From Laetmonice hystrix (Eukaryota): 64,000 nt of DNA. This document shows, piece by piece, positions 52,712 through 64,000 of the stretch. Where the stretch lies: positions 5,210,001-5,274,000 of the forward strand of contig OZ249436.1 of the NCBI GenBank assembly GCA_965235115.1, given 5' to 3'. Within the stretch, counting starts at the first letter, position 1; the number at the start of each line of letters is the position of its first letter. The notes beneath the pieces were generated by a model. The model saw only the letters and a program-made list of their open reading frames with translations. It ran no database searches and had not been told where the DNA came from. A program made the translations under genes and the position numbers.

Positions 52712-55700
52712 AACTGATGAGAACCGGGAATTGACTCAACTTTCATTTGACAGAATAATGTTGATATAGTGCAATAGTAACTTTGCTTTGGTGATGTGTT
52801 GTACAAAAAGGTTAGAGTTGTTCCTCATTAGTTGGTCAGAACTCACTATATTTGCAGTATTTGGCAAAGGTACACTAAAAAAAAACATTCCTCATTTTTC
52901 CACTCACAAGAATGAGATTTTTGCTTTTTGCCACAAATGCTATGAAAGAGTTTCGATGTGTGATTGGGGAATTAATGCTGACTTCCTTTTCCAGCTTGAT
53001 CTGCTTAGTGTGTTGTGGAATGGTATGGCATTATTGATCGGATTGTTTTAATGATACATTGGTCTACAGTCAACTTTGCATTGATAAAACTAATCGGGCC
53101 TGGCAAATTTCATAGAGAACAAGTTGACTTCAATACTCTTGGCCTTTCATTAATATCTCTATACAATGGAATGTAGAAAAAGAATTACTAATACTATACA
53201 CCGTTTATAACAGTGATGAGAAGCAAGCAGAGTGTCCAAACTATAGACCTTCCCAAATAGGGATTTAATTTGTAGGGGAAATCTTTTAAATCTGGAGGTC
53301 CTAAAACACCATTTCCAGTACTCCCAGACGAATATTTCTGTCAAAAAAACTCCGTAAATTGATCGTCATTTTAGGTTTGTTTCCTATAAAAATATAAAAA
53401 AGGTTATTGCAATAAGATAAGACTTCACCTGGCTATCCAAGTTTATTTCATGTCCTTGAATGACAAGTATTTATGGGAATTTGACAAAAATATCTTGCTG
53501 GGCAAGAGCAGATCTTCAAAATCGGGATGTATCCTATCCCAACCACTATTGTGTCGGGATTCGGAATTTTAAAGCAAACCGGGGAAATATCAACAAAATC
53601 GGGATGGTTGGACACTCTGAGCAAGTGTCGGAGAAGCATAGCTTTACTGCAAACAAAAATTGACCCTTGATACTGGGCATTCTGTCTCCCAAATTGGCTG
53701 TACAAATCAGCTGGCTTCCCGTATGAATACGGCAATTCAGTAACTGGTTAATAAGTCCTTAAACATAATATTCAAATGACTGCTGAGATATATTTTCCAA
53801 ACTAGACATCGTTGCATTTAGTTTCTAAGTTGTTACTTGTGAAACTGAAGGTCGGCAGACTTTTATCCCTGTGGGACGAAGGACGATAAAATTCTGCTAG
53901 CTTTACCATTAACTGTTAGTGTTACCCTAATCACGTGTGACCATGCTTGACCTCTTCCTTAGGTTAATCACCCTAATGTGACCATCACTGACCAGTGGCA
54001 AACACCTAATGTAAGTCTCTCACCCTTTGAAGGATGACTTCAAATGAAAACAATCTTCTCATGATAAAACAACGGGTACCCCGGTAATTCATTTATCACT
54101 GGCGAGATTTCTAATTCTGAAGCTATTACCACCAGGATTGGAAATACCCATTGCTAATCATGCAGAGGATCTGCTACCAGTTGTTCATCAAGCCAGTGTT
54201 TCCTGACGAAGTCATCCTTTATGTAGGACGAGTTTGGAAAAAGGGAAAAAAAATATCCAAAACATTGTTGTTCCAACAAGCAAATTATACAAATGCCTTT
54301 AGAAATATTTTGTAGGCGGCTATTCGCACCGGAAACCTCCATCACATACGGTTACCGTTATATTTTCTGCCTCCTTTTCATGATCCATGATCACCGTGTC
54401 TGAATTCAATATTTATAACCTGGGTCTGTTTGACATCTTCAAGGCAACTTTTTTCCTGGACTCGTCCGTGAATCTAGTAGTGCACTTGGTGTATGGGTTG
54501 ATGGTTTTATGGTGTAAAGGTATACACACTTGGTCACCGGGTTTGAATTTCAAATGCTCAGTAAAGGCGTGAGCATGACTGAGATAAGGATTAGATCTGC
54601 ATACTGTTGCACATAAACATAGTTGTAGATAATGCATCATGTTTAACATATATACATGTACTGGTATTACCTTAGGATATGTGTTTAACTTTTAGGTTCC
54701 GGATACTGTGACGATGTATATATATCATTGTTCTTAAGTACATAAAGGTAGTGACATTATAAATAGCAAACTCACATTGAAGTTATGGCATACAGGGAAT
54801 TATTCCCTTATTATACGCCTCATAAGTTGAAAAAAAAGAATGTAAAAAATTTAGAATTTTTTTAACAAATAGGGACTCAGTATATGTATTTTGACTAAAA
54901 TGATGTTTGTGAATGCTTAATGGTGAATAGAGTTGCCACGTGTCATTGTAAGGTCTCTTAGTCAACTTATAACGTATTCTGTTTCAGGCAAACTGCGGAA
55001 AGCCAAAAAGGGCACCAATGATTTCGCCATTGACTACCGGTACCGTGACTACTACGGCGACTACTAGATTAGATCACCAATAATAGCCTAAAATGTACCA
55101 CTCCACACTCTCCACACTCCAGAACTGGAGCCTAATTTCTTTTCATGAACATCTCGATCCTCTTTCAAAATGTATGAAATCGCTGGCTCTCAGAACACGG
55201 AAAATATATTTACTGATAATCTGTTTTGAAAGCTGCCGAGCACTTTGGTAAAACAGACACCATTCAAAATACGTAATGGCTCTGGCAACATCAACAGTTA
55301 TTAATGCAGAATTATTGAAACATCATATTCCCAGTGGAAAGTTTTTGTTTTTGTACATATTTGAATTTCAATAATCACTGCAGTGAGAATGTGTTGAAAG
55401 CATTAATGTGATACAGATGTGGTTAGGACTGCCTCAGTATTGAACTGTTATGTATGTGAAGTCTAAGTACTCGTATTTATTTGGTCACAACATCCTCTAT
55501 CTCTATGGCTAGTGACTACGGTAATAACTCGGAGGGAATCAGGCGGGTGTACATGTTTATGGTTTACCGGGTGCGTCAGTGTAACCTGGTACAATTCACC
55601 ATTGGAATGGAGGCAATCGGTAAAACGGGGCCAGGTCTTTCAGGCCGTTTCATTTGGGAGACTAGGGCCATGTATGTTGGGCCTGCTTGGGCTTAAATGG

Positions 55701-56146
55701 GTTATTATGTGCGTGTTTTTTCAAAGAAACACAATATTGGTACATGCTTTCTGATGTTTCTTGGTATGCATTCTCCAGGAATGTTGTTATTTCATGGGAG
55801 CTCGAAAACATGAGATCATCGCAGCACCAAGATTAGATATTTTGTTAAAAAAATATACATTCTACCGTGGGAACCTTACAAAGAAGTTTTTATCACTGGC
55901 AGTTTTTATAACTACAATCCAGGATATTTGTCAATAAAATTTATGAAAGCTATTGGTTTTTTGTCGTGTTTAATTATATTTCACTCTTGAATATTAAAGT
56001 TCATTTAATTGATGACAAAAGGCTTTAAGTATATATGTTGAATCCCAAAGGACTGCCAAAATATTTTATTCCAAACAAAGACAGGTTCACATGAAAGCAG
56101 ATGCTTACTTATATACTTGATAACATATAGAATGTACAAAGCTTTG

Positions 56147-59100
56147 TCAACTCTTCTTGGTTGGGGTAACTGTGTTTTTCTTCCACGGACTTTTAGTAAT
56201 GTATTCAGATGAAGTTTTCATAGGACTCCCAGTGGACATCTTCGTTGGGCTATCCATTTCCTCATTGACTGAAACAGTATTATAATATATACAGTATCAC
56301 TTCAAGTCCTATACGTGACACTCTGGTCATCTTGGAGGCTTATCGTGTCAGTTGCACAGGAGTAAGTAGGAGTACCAAGTCATTATGAGGTTACATTTTG
56401 TATGTTAATCGCATGTATTACATAGAGAAAGAAAAACGTTTACATTGCATAATATGGTAACCCCAAAACACATTTTGCTAATTTCTTTCTCGTGAAGATC
56501 AGGCCATTTGTACAAGACTCACCTGCACAGGTTTGCACTTTACGTTTGTTGGCTGCAAGAAATGGCTCATGAAAAACAGAGTGGAGACGTTTAGCCTGAA
56601 AAATAAAACACAATTCATGTGTAAAAAAAACCCTTCACTACATTGTAAGTATGCGGGTTAAGATACCAGGTAAATATTTTTTTAGTTTTTTATATGCCTA
56701 CATTTGCCCTAACTCTAAAAAATCAGCAAAATTAACTGAGTTTTCATTTGCATGCATAAAGGCCACTGACCTTCTGTGGTCCAAGACCTGAGCACAATGC
56801 CAGGTCCTCCTCGCTGGCCTCGATCATCTGATCCACTGACTGAAGTGTAATAACATTTATGGGTGGATATAATGTGGCTGAATTAGGACTTTTCTATGCT
56901 TTAGAACATGATACCCAGCAAATGTTGCAATGTGAACTACAATACTTACGTTCCTAAATTAATCAAAGGCCAAAACATGCGAAATGCTACACTTGAGGCA
57001 CTTAAAGCAGACATTTAGCAAAAGTGAAAAATTATTTGCTACATGAAATTGTGTTAATGGTATATCAAAGTACATCCCTATATACAATCTAATACAATTT
57101 AGGTACCACTACTCAACTTCTCCCATCCTTTTGATTGTTAAACTAGATGTTTACTCACACCAAAAGCTGTGAGCAGGGTCATGGCATCTGTTTTGTTCAC
57201 TCTCCTCACGGTGGTCAGGCAGTCTGTTAGCTAAACCAAAGACAGAGGGAACGTTATCTAATGCCGAGTTGTATGCAGAGCTGTTCGAATTACTCCTGTT
57301 GACTGACATCAAAATGAAAATGAGATGGATTTAAAAATATGACATCCTGGAGAAATATTGCTTGGCAAGATGACTTACCATGTCAATAAATATTTCCTGA
57401 ATAATCAGTGACCAATGTCTCACCTTGGACAGGTAGGTAAGGGTTTTTATGTCTCACCTGGGACAGGTAGGTAACGGTTTTTGTCTCACCTGGGACAGGT
57501 AGGTAAGGGTTTTTATGTCTTACCTGGGACAGGTAGGTAATGGTTTTTATGTCTCACCTGGGACAGGTAGGTAAGGGTATTTATGTCTTACCTGGGACAG
57601 GTAGGGAAGGGTTTTTATGTCTTACCTGGGACGGGTAGGGAAGGGTTTTTATGTCTCACCTGGGACAGGTAGGTTAGAGTTTTTTATGTCTCACCTTGGA
57701 CAGGTAGGGAAGGGTTTTTATGTCTCACCTGGGACAGGTAGGGAAGGGTTTTTATGTCTCACCTGGGACAGGTAGGTTAGAGTTTTTTATGTCTCACCTG
57801 GGACAGGTAGGTAAGGGTTTTTATGTCTTACCTGGGACAGGTAGGTTAGAGTTTTTTATGTCTCACCTGGGACAGGTAGGTAAGGGTTTTTATGTCTTAC
57901 CTGGGACAGGTAGTTAGGGTCAGTCTTCTCCATGATGAGTTCGGGAGGCTTGTTCTCATATGACTTGTAAGTTTCTAGGTAACGTCCAGCCTCTTCTGGT
58001 CTGATCAATAAAATATCATCACCTTAATTCATCCTTTGTTTAAACAGAGTTTCGGGTACAGTCTCTATATAGATTGGAGAACATTCATACAAGAAGTGAA
58101 CTGGAGACACTGAAGTAATTATTTGGTTCACCGTCTTACGTCCAGGCTAGTACAAGAGTGCAGTCAGCCAAAATGCATATTTTCCCAAGTTCTTTCAGCG
58201 CATGGTGTGGATCCTTCTATTAAATACAGAAAGAAAACAGCAAGCATTAGGTACCTAGAATTCTCTCTATTCAAGTCTATTGTAACACATACAGTATGGT
58301 GTTAGATTCCCTTTTCTCGTTTTCATAATTTCAATTATTTCATGCTTCAAACTTCACAATGATGGTCTGAGGCTAGAAATTTTAGAATTTTGGGAATATG
58401 TGCTGGCAATGAAGCAGAAAGCATCAACCAACAATTACTCACCGTGTCAACTTGGGCCAATAATACTCTAAGCTGGTAACTGTGCGCCAGTTGTTTCAAT
58501 CTCTCATGGATATAATTTGGGTTGAGGGCATGATACCGTAGGCTGCAACAAACATTTTAAACTTTACCTACGAGACAAATCATGTTATACTAACAAATCT
58601 ATTTCAAACTATTGCACAAGGAACTCAATAGTAATACATACCCTGGTAAATGAGAAACAGCTCTAAAATAGTTCTCTGTTTGCATTATTATTGAAATTGA
58701 CCTATTTTTAAAAGGTATGCTTTCACTAAGTTTTTGTAGCGTAGAAGGAGACTCACCTGAGGTACAGTGCACATGTAGTCTGACCCATGACATAATCTGG
58801 GACAATATCACCAAACTCCCAAGGAACATTTCTCACATGCTTCAAAATTGGATTGCCTCGCTGACAAAGATAAAATATTGAAACTTCATCATTAAGTTCA
58901 TGACTGATTAAATAAACAAAACAATTTTTTTTAAACAATTACTTTTTGAAGGTGCATTTATAACTCCCTTGCTTAGTAACAAACCACTGTGCTGCCCTGT
59001 CATATGCGAGAGATATTGTGAGAAACATGGTGTTGAGCCACACAAAGCTGGTTACAACAGCAGTGGCGAATCCGGGGGGCAAGGGTCAGGAGCCCCCTTT

Positions 59101-61709
59101 GGCACCCCCCTTTACAAATTCCTGGATCTGATCCTGATCAGTGTATAAGATTGGGGCTTAGAGAGTCTGATACAGACACAAAGGATCCGGGACTGTATGT
59201 GCTCACCAGGATTTGTTTTAAGGCACCTCTACCCAAATATCAATCTTACATATTCCCTCAGCCCTGAAACGCTTGATCTGACTGTGACTTCTTTGTTATA
59301 TATTCGTGTCTTCAAGACATACAGTTTGAATAAAACAGGGATGAAAGTGGCCAGCTGTAAAATTTCCTGAAATTCTGACCGGGGGGGGAGCGGCGGGGGC
59401 CAATGTCCATAATTAATATTTGTTCATGCGCACATCCAAGGCTTACCCCCCCCCCCCCCTTAAAAAAAGTCAGGCTAGAAACAGCAGACAATCATGACCC
59501 GATAAGGCCTCCTAGCTATTATATATTATAGGGCCTAGCCCTCAGTATTTAGTCGCCACCCCACCCCCCACCCCCCCCCCTCAACCCCCCACCCCTGCAA
59601 ATTTGCTGGATAGACTCCATCACTCATCAGTCCATGCCCCTGTTCAAGGCTGCTGCTTGCCTGTCACAGTCGGTGTCAACCTCTGCCTGGCTCTGCCGTC
59701 TCTCTCCAACATTGGAATCCAGTCGGCTTTTAGCGTCCAAAATGCAACCGATTACGTTGTCAAACAGCTTCCATGTGTTAGACTGACCACACAGGCTGTC
59801 CATCAGTCTTGACCCTCAGCAGTCACGACCCTCAGCGGCTCTCAGCCAAGCAACACAGGCTTCGCTGAGTCGAGTGGTTCAGCCCGTGTGTCCATGTGCC
59901 ACTCATCATGTTGTTGTGAAAATTGTCACTTCCGGTCTTATCAGGACACCTGCACTGATCGACAAATGTAATGAAAAGTCCTGACAACCCCAAAACTTCA
60001 GTGAAAACCACTTACGTAATGCCACTATCCTCAAATTTATATGCAAGAACACATTATGAGAACTTACTGACATATATACTAGGCAGATTCATAGAACTAA
60101 ATTGACCCAGTTTCCTGTGAGTAGTGACATTGTGATGGTGCGTAGTTCGTCAGCCTAATCACTATCACCGGGACTAGACAGACCGGTCTGTCTATAGTCT
60201 CGTTGCTATCACTAAGTGAGCGCTCAGGCAAAACTCGCGCATGGATATGGCATAATGGCAAGCCTGAATCAACGGGCTTCGCAGCTGCCTGACCATCAAT
60301 TTTGCCTGAAGTCATTACCTGAGGTGAGTCGCTCTCACCACAGCGACACGGGGCCGTGCCTGCCAGACGGGACAGACGCCACCGCGTGCCGGTAGAAGTC
60401 AGCCCACGCGGGCCGGTCTATGTGAGCGATGTCACCACAGCTACAGGGACCAGCACCCCCGGCAGACCGGCCTATGCACGGTGGCACCCGTGACACTGGA
60501 CGGGTTTGAGACACTCTAATATCCCCATCTATAAACGAACTTTGGCAGGTAGAGATATATTGAGCTGCATGGTGTTAAAAAACGTCCTGGAAGGGGATAT
60601 TGTTTCATTTGATATTAATTGCCCACCACACAGTCCAGGGCAATACTTAGCCTTGGCTTAGGCCTACCTCTTTTGCCTATAGATCTAGGCCTATTTCCTT
60701 TTTTGGGTGTTATTTCTTGGGGGGGGGGGGATTTTTTCAAATTTCCTGATTTCAGGAAATTTCCTGAAAACTTTCATCCCTGATAAAAACATATTCAACT
60801 TACCTGTCTTGGACTCACAATGAGGGAACTGATACTTTTTGCAGTTTTAACTGTACTTGAACATTCCACTGTGCTAAAAATTAAACATTTTTATTCAATA
60901 TTGTAGTGAATTTCTTCTTCTACTTTTCATAAATTCAATGATAAAATCAACATAATTCCCCCTTAAAATGCATCATTGAAAAATCCCAGGCCAGGCTGTA
61001 CCCAGGTTAACCAAACAAATTAAAAACTTTTGGTACCTGTTAACAGATTGTTGTTCTATTGTGCTGCCTGTTTTTGAGGTTTTTGTTGCTGTCGAAGCTG
61101 CCTGAGGTTTGACGACTTCTAGTTCTAATTCGGTCTGCTGTTTACGGGAAGGTTTTGAAATGTAAGACTCTGTCCTTGCTGTGGCTGATGACTGTGAGTT
61201 TCCATCTGATGACTTGGACAGACCTCTTGTGCTAGCTCTATTTTCTGCAGCCTTAGGTGATATATTAGATTTTCCTGACTTGTGAGTTTCAAACAGACTT
61301 GCTGTCTGAAAAAATAATAATTCTCACCGTTACTAGTGTCAAAAGATTATAAGACTTAGGCCCTAAGAGCCCGATTATAATGGAGGATTAGCTACTGACT
61401 GTCGTATGTACTGTACTTCAGGTTTCAGTTAGTTCAATAATGATTTGATGTGTCAAGGCATCCTACTATCCTAGTCTCAATTTCAAAATCTTGAATCAGG
61501 GACAGGGAGAAGAAACAATTGTTAGCGGATTATCTAATCTGTCACTGTCAGGTAACACTACAGCCAGTACAGGTTGGCAACTCTCTTGCCACTGCCAGTC
61601 TTGGTAGTCTTACTCAAACTCAGATAATCAGTCTTACCTTTATCTGTGGATCCTTGGATTTCTCCATCTCCTGAATTGAAGGTATCTGAAATCTGCCTCT
61701 CGCTGACAT
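56147..61709 (-). CDS. ERCC1: DNA excision repair protein ERCC1, about 375 aa
   Basis: Exons 61709-61638, 61305-61037, 60873-60804, 58860-58757, 58542-58443, 58216-58140, 58000-57901, 57230-57159, 56839-56771, 56595-56523, 56268-56147. Motifs [71 protein letters not shown]. Confidence 0.97.
57417..57913 (-). repeat. Minisatellite of about 34 bp made of the ERCC1 exon 7 end plus donor site, 15 units
   Basis: Minus-strand unit ATAAAAACCCTTACCTACCTGTCCCAG|GTRAGAC; the first unit is the true exon junction at 57901. Confidence 0.95.
59336..60782. mobile_element. Non-autonomous hAT-like element, 1.45 kb, in ERCC1 intron 3
   Basis: Perfect 13-bp TIR CAGGGATGAAAGT, 6-bp TSD ATAAAA, subterminal AAATTTCCTGA repeats. 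Confidence 0.8.
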
Positions 61710-62100
61710 CCTTCACTGATTATTGAATTGTAAAACTGTAAAATAAACAACGCCTTCTGAAGAACTAAGTTATGACATGTGCCAATTGACAGCGGGAAAT
61801 GGCCGAAGTGAGGAAGCGGTATAAAACCCGTTATAACATTAGTATTGGCGTCTTACACCAGATGGCGCAAACTAAACCCCAGCATTCCGTGCCACAGATG
61901 CTTCAAGATGGACGATTATATGGAAGAGGACAAGTTGTGAGTATCAAAATTAAAACTGTACGTGTTGGAGCCATCTTAGTGGAATGTAATTTATGAGGGT
62001 TAGATAAATAGAAGGTCACGTTGTAATGGTATCGTTTATTAAGAGAGAGATGATGACAGAATTACTGAAAACAGCCATGATAATGGTGAGCATCGGTAGC

Positions 62101-62907
62101 ATCAGACTCTGGCTTACTCCAACAAGTCAGAGTCCTAGTCCTTACGTCCATACGGACTCTGACCGTCGAGTACAAATGCGCCAGCGACTGCTATGCTGTC
62201 GGGGTTCTATCTCGGTCCTATCGCGCATCATCGCCTCAAAGTCATGTTTCAGACCACTTTTGGCACTGAAACTTGCTGAGAGTACACAAAAGAGGTTACT
62301 TCAACAGATACGTAAATGTATTTTGTTGGATGTTATCTTAGTAGGTGAAATTCTCAGTTTGTTTGGTCAAACTCAAATACAGCGCAGCGCGGGTGACGAG
62401 CGGTGACCCAGTTTATCGCGTGTGCGTATTTTCGACCTCTACAGTGGATCCGGAACGGACCGCATAAGTAGGTCGCGCTCTGTTCAAGCAGACGCTGTCG
62501 CTGACGGCACAGAGTGAAGCTACCCGTTTCGGGTACCAGTAGCGATCTAACTTTTATCAGTTCCCGGTCACTCGGTGCACCGCAGATGGCTGACGGACTT
62601 TGGGACCCGACATGCTCGTAAACAACGGGACCGTGTTGACGTTATATTTGTCCAATAATTATAATCAAAGTCGGAATAGAAATTTCAATACCGTGGCTCT
62701 CTATAAAAATCGATTTCATACTCCGGGGAAGAAGTTTAGTACCAAAACGAAGGCCGCAAAGTTGCGATAACGGACCTCTTCGCAGTGCGTCCATGAGTCG
62801 CTAGGCCAGCGTCACTCGACAACTAAACGGTGTTCTGGAAGACACCGTTTAGAAACTGAACTAACTCTGGCTCTGCCTAGTCTTACTCCAACAAGCCAGA
62901 GTCTGAT
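62101..62907. mobile_element. Probable non-autonomous TIR element upstream of ERCC1
   Basis: 15-bp inverted termini ATCAGACTCTGGCTT / AAGCCAGAGTCTGAT and a repeated CTTACTCCAACAAG at both ends; no clear TSD. Confidence 0.5.
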
Positions 62908-64000
62908 AATCTGATATGTGGTCTGTTGACAACAAACTAGCAGAACAGGGTCTAGGTTCCTGGACTATGCCAAGTCTGTGCCTCTGGCTCTGTCCTGGCT
63001 TGTTAAAGTACCGGGTATAAATTTCCTACTTTACTAGCCCTATCAGATCTGCCCCTGGTTTGTACCTTGCTTTGCCGGCTGGAGCTTGGCTTGGTGCATC
63101 TAGACGGATTTGTTGTGAGCTAGATCAGGATAGCAGATGGACATTGCGAAGTCATCATGACGTCAAACAGTGGTTTTGGAGCAGGCCACGCTTATCATGC
63201 CTCATGTTTACCTACTGGCTGCTGAAACATAAAATGAATTGCAGTGAATATTTTAATTGTAAACTAATTGTCTAATATAAAATTGTTAATCTTATGCAGT
63301 GGTTATTCTGCCAGTGTATAGATGGGTCATGTGACTGCAATACTGGATTCTTATTGGATGATATCTGATGGCAGAATAGCGGATTATCTAATCTTAATTA
63401 GTGGATAATTAACAACAATTTTGGGACTAAACTAACACTAACCCTAGGCCTAACTTTAACCCTAACCCAACATAGCGTTTCGTGTTGGTAGGCCTACTAA
63501 GTCAAACTAATTTATATATTCTGACATCTCAGCCCTCGACATTAAGCACTAAATCACTGGCCCGGCCCGATTTTTCATGTACCGGGCCAGTCCGGGCCAG
63601 TAATTTTTGTTAATCACTGGCCCGACCAGGCCAGTAACTTTTGTAAATCTCTCTCACGATCAAATACTTTCCAAATGCTCCAAATACTCCCACAATCATG
63701 ATCTTTAGCAGCACTTAGTAGGAGTACCTTCTCTGCTCCGGGCATTTTAACTGAGGTCGTAGTAATGTCAACGCGTGCATTAAAAATTCAGGCTGCTTCT
63801 TACGTCTGTATGCATGTGGGATTGTCTTCTGCTATGATTCACTGGACTGGACGCTTACTTTTTTTGTGCCACGCTCTTGTGATGATCTTGTCATCTGCTA
63901 CAAGGACACGCAGGGCCAGTAACTTTCATTTTCTACTGGCCCTGTCAGGGCTTCAGATAATATTTTAAGGTAGGGAGTTTTTGAATCCTCTTTTTTCAGG

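Noticed and set aside
56790..56825. HDV-ribozyme-like CCTCCTCGCTGG
   Set aside because: It is the antisense of the ERCC1 coding sequence ASEEDL.
4173..57913. CRISPR-like appearance of the 29-58 bp arrays
   Set aside because: Units are contiguous with no unique spacers, there are no cas genes, and the context is eukaryotic.
34184..61709. Functional cluster of NER genes (GTF2H4, ERCC1) with ROS and cGAS-like genes
   Set aside because: Proximity alone is not evidence in an animal genome; conserved synteny or co-regulation cannot be seen from this window.

Overview
Intron-rich animal genomic DNA, probably a bilaterian invertebrate; the species cannot be determined from the sequence. I assembled six protein-coding genes by hand from GT-AG exon chains: the 5' part of a dual oxidase (DUOX, minus strand, runs off the left edge) head-to-head with its maturation factor DUOXA (plus), GTF2H4/TFIIH p52 (minus), a Mab21/cGAS-like nucleotidyltransferase with MiD49/51-like features (plus), GNPTG (plus) and ERCC1 (minus). 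Non-coding space holds many MITEs (hAT-like with 5-6 bp TSDs, Kolobok-like, Harbinger-like), a 3.4 kb CACTA derivative nested in another MITE, a tRNA-derived SINE and several minisatellites. Most notable observations: (1) tandem duplications of real AG|GT splice junctions in three genes; (2) a cGLR/MiD51-like protein with Asn at the third catalytic acidic position and a duplicated first coding exon; (3) minisatellites that multimerise CRE and ISRE-like motifs near the immune genes; (4) CTCF-like motifs at gene boundaries; (5) a strongly enriched TAGGCCTA palindrome absent from housekeeping gene bodies; (6) unexplained structured intronic elements. No CRISPR, rRNA or true tRNA gene was seen. 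Homology calls come from recalled motifs, not database searches, and counts are by eye.
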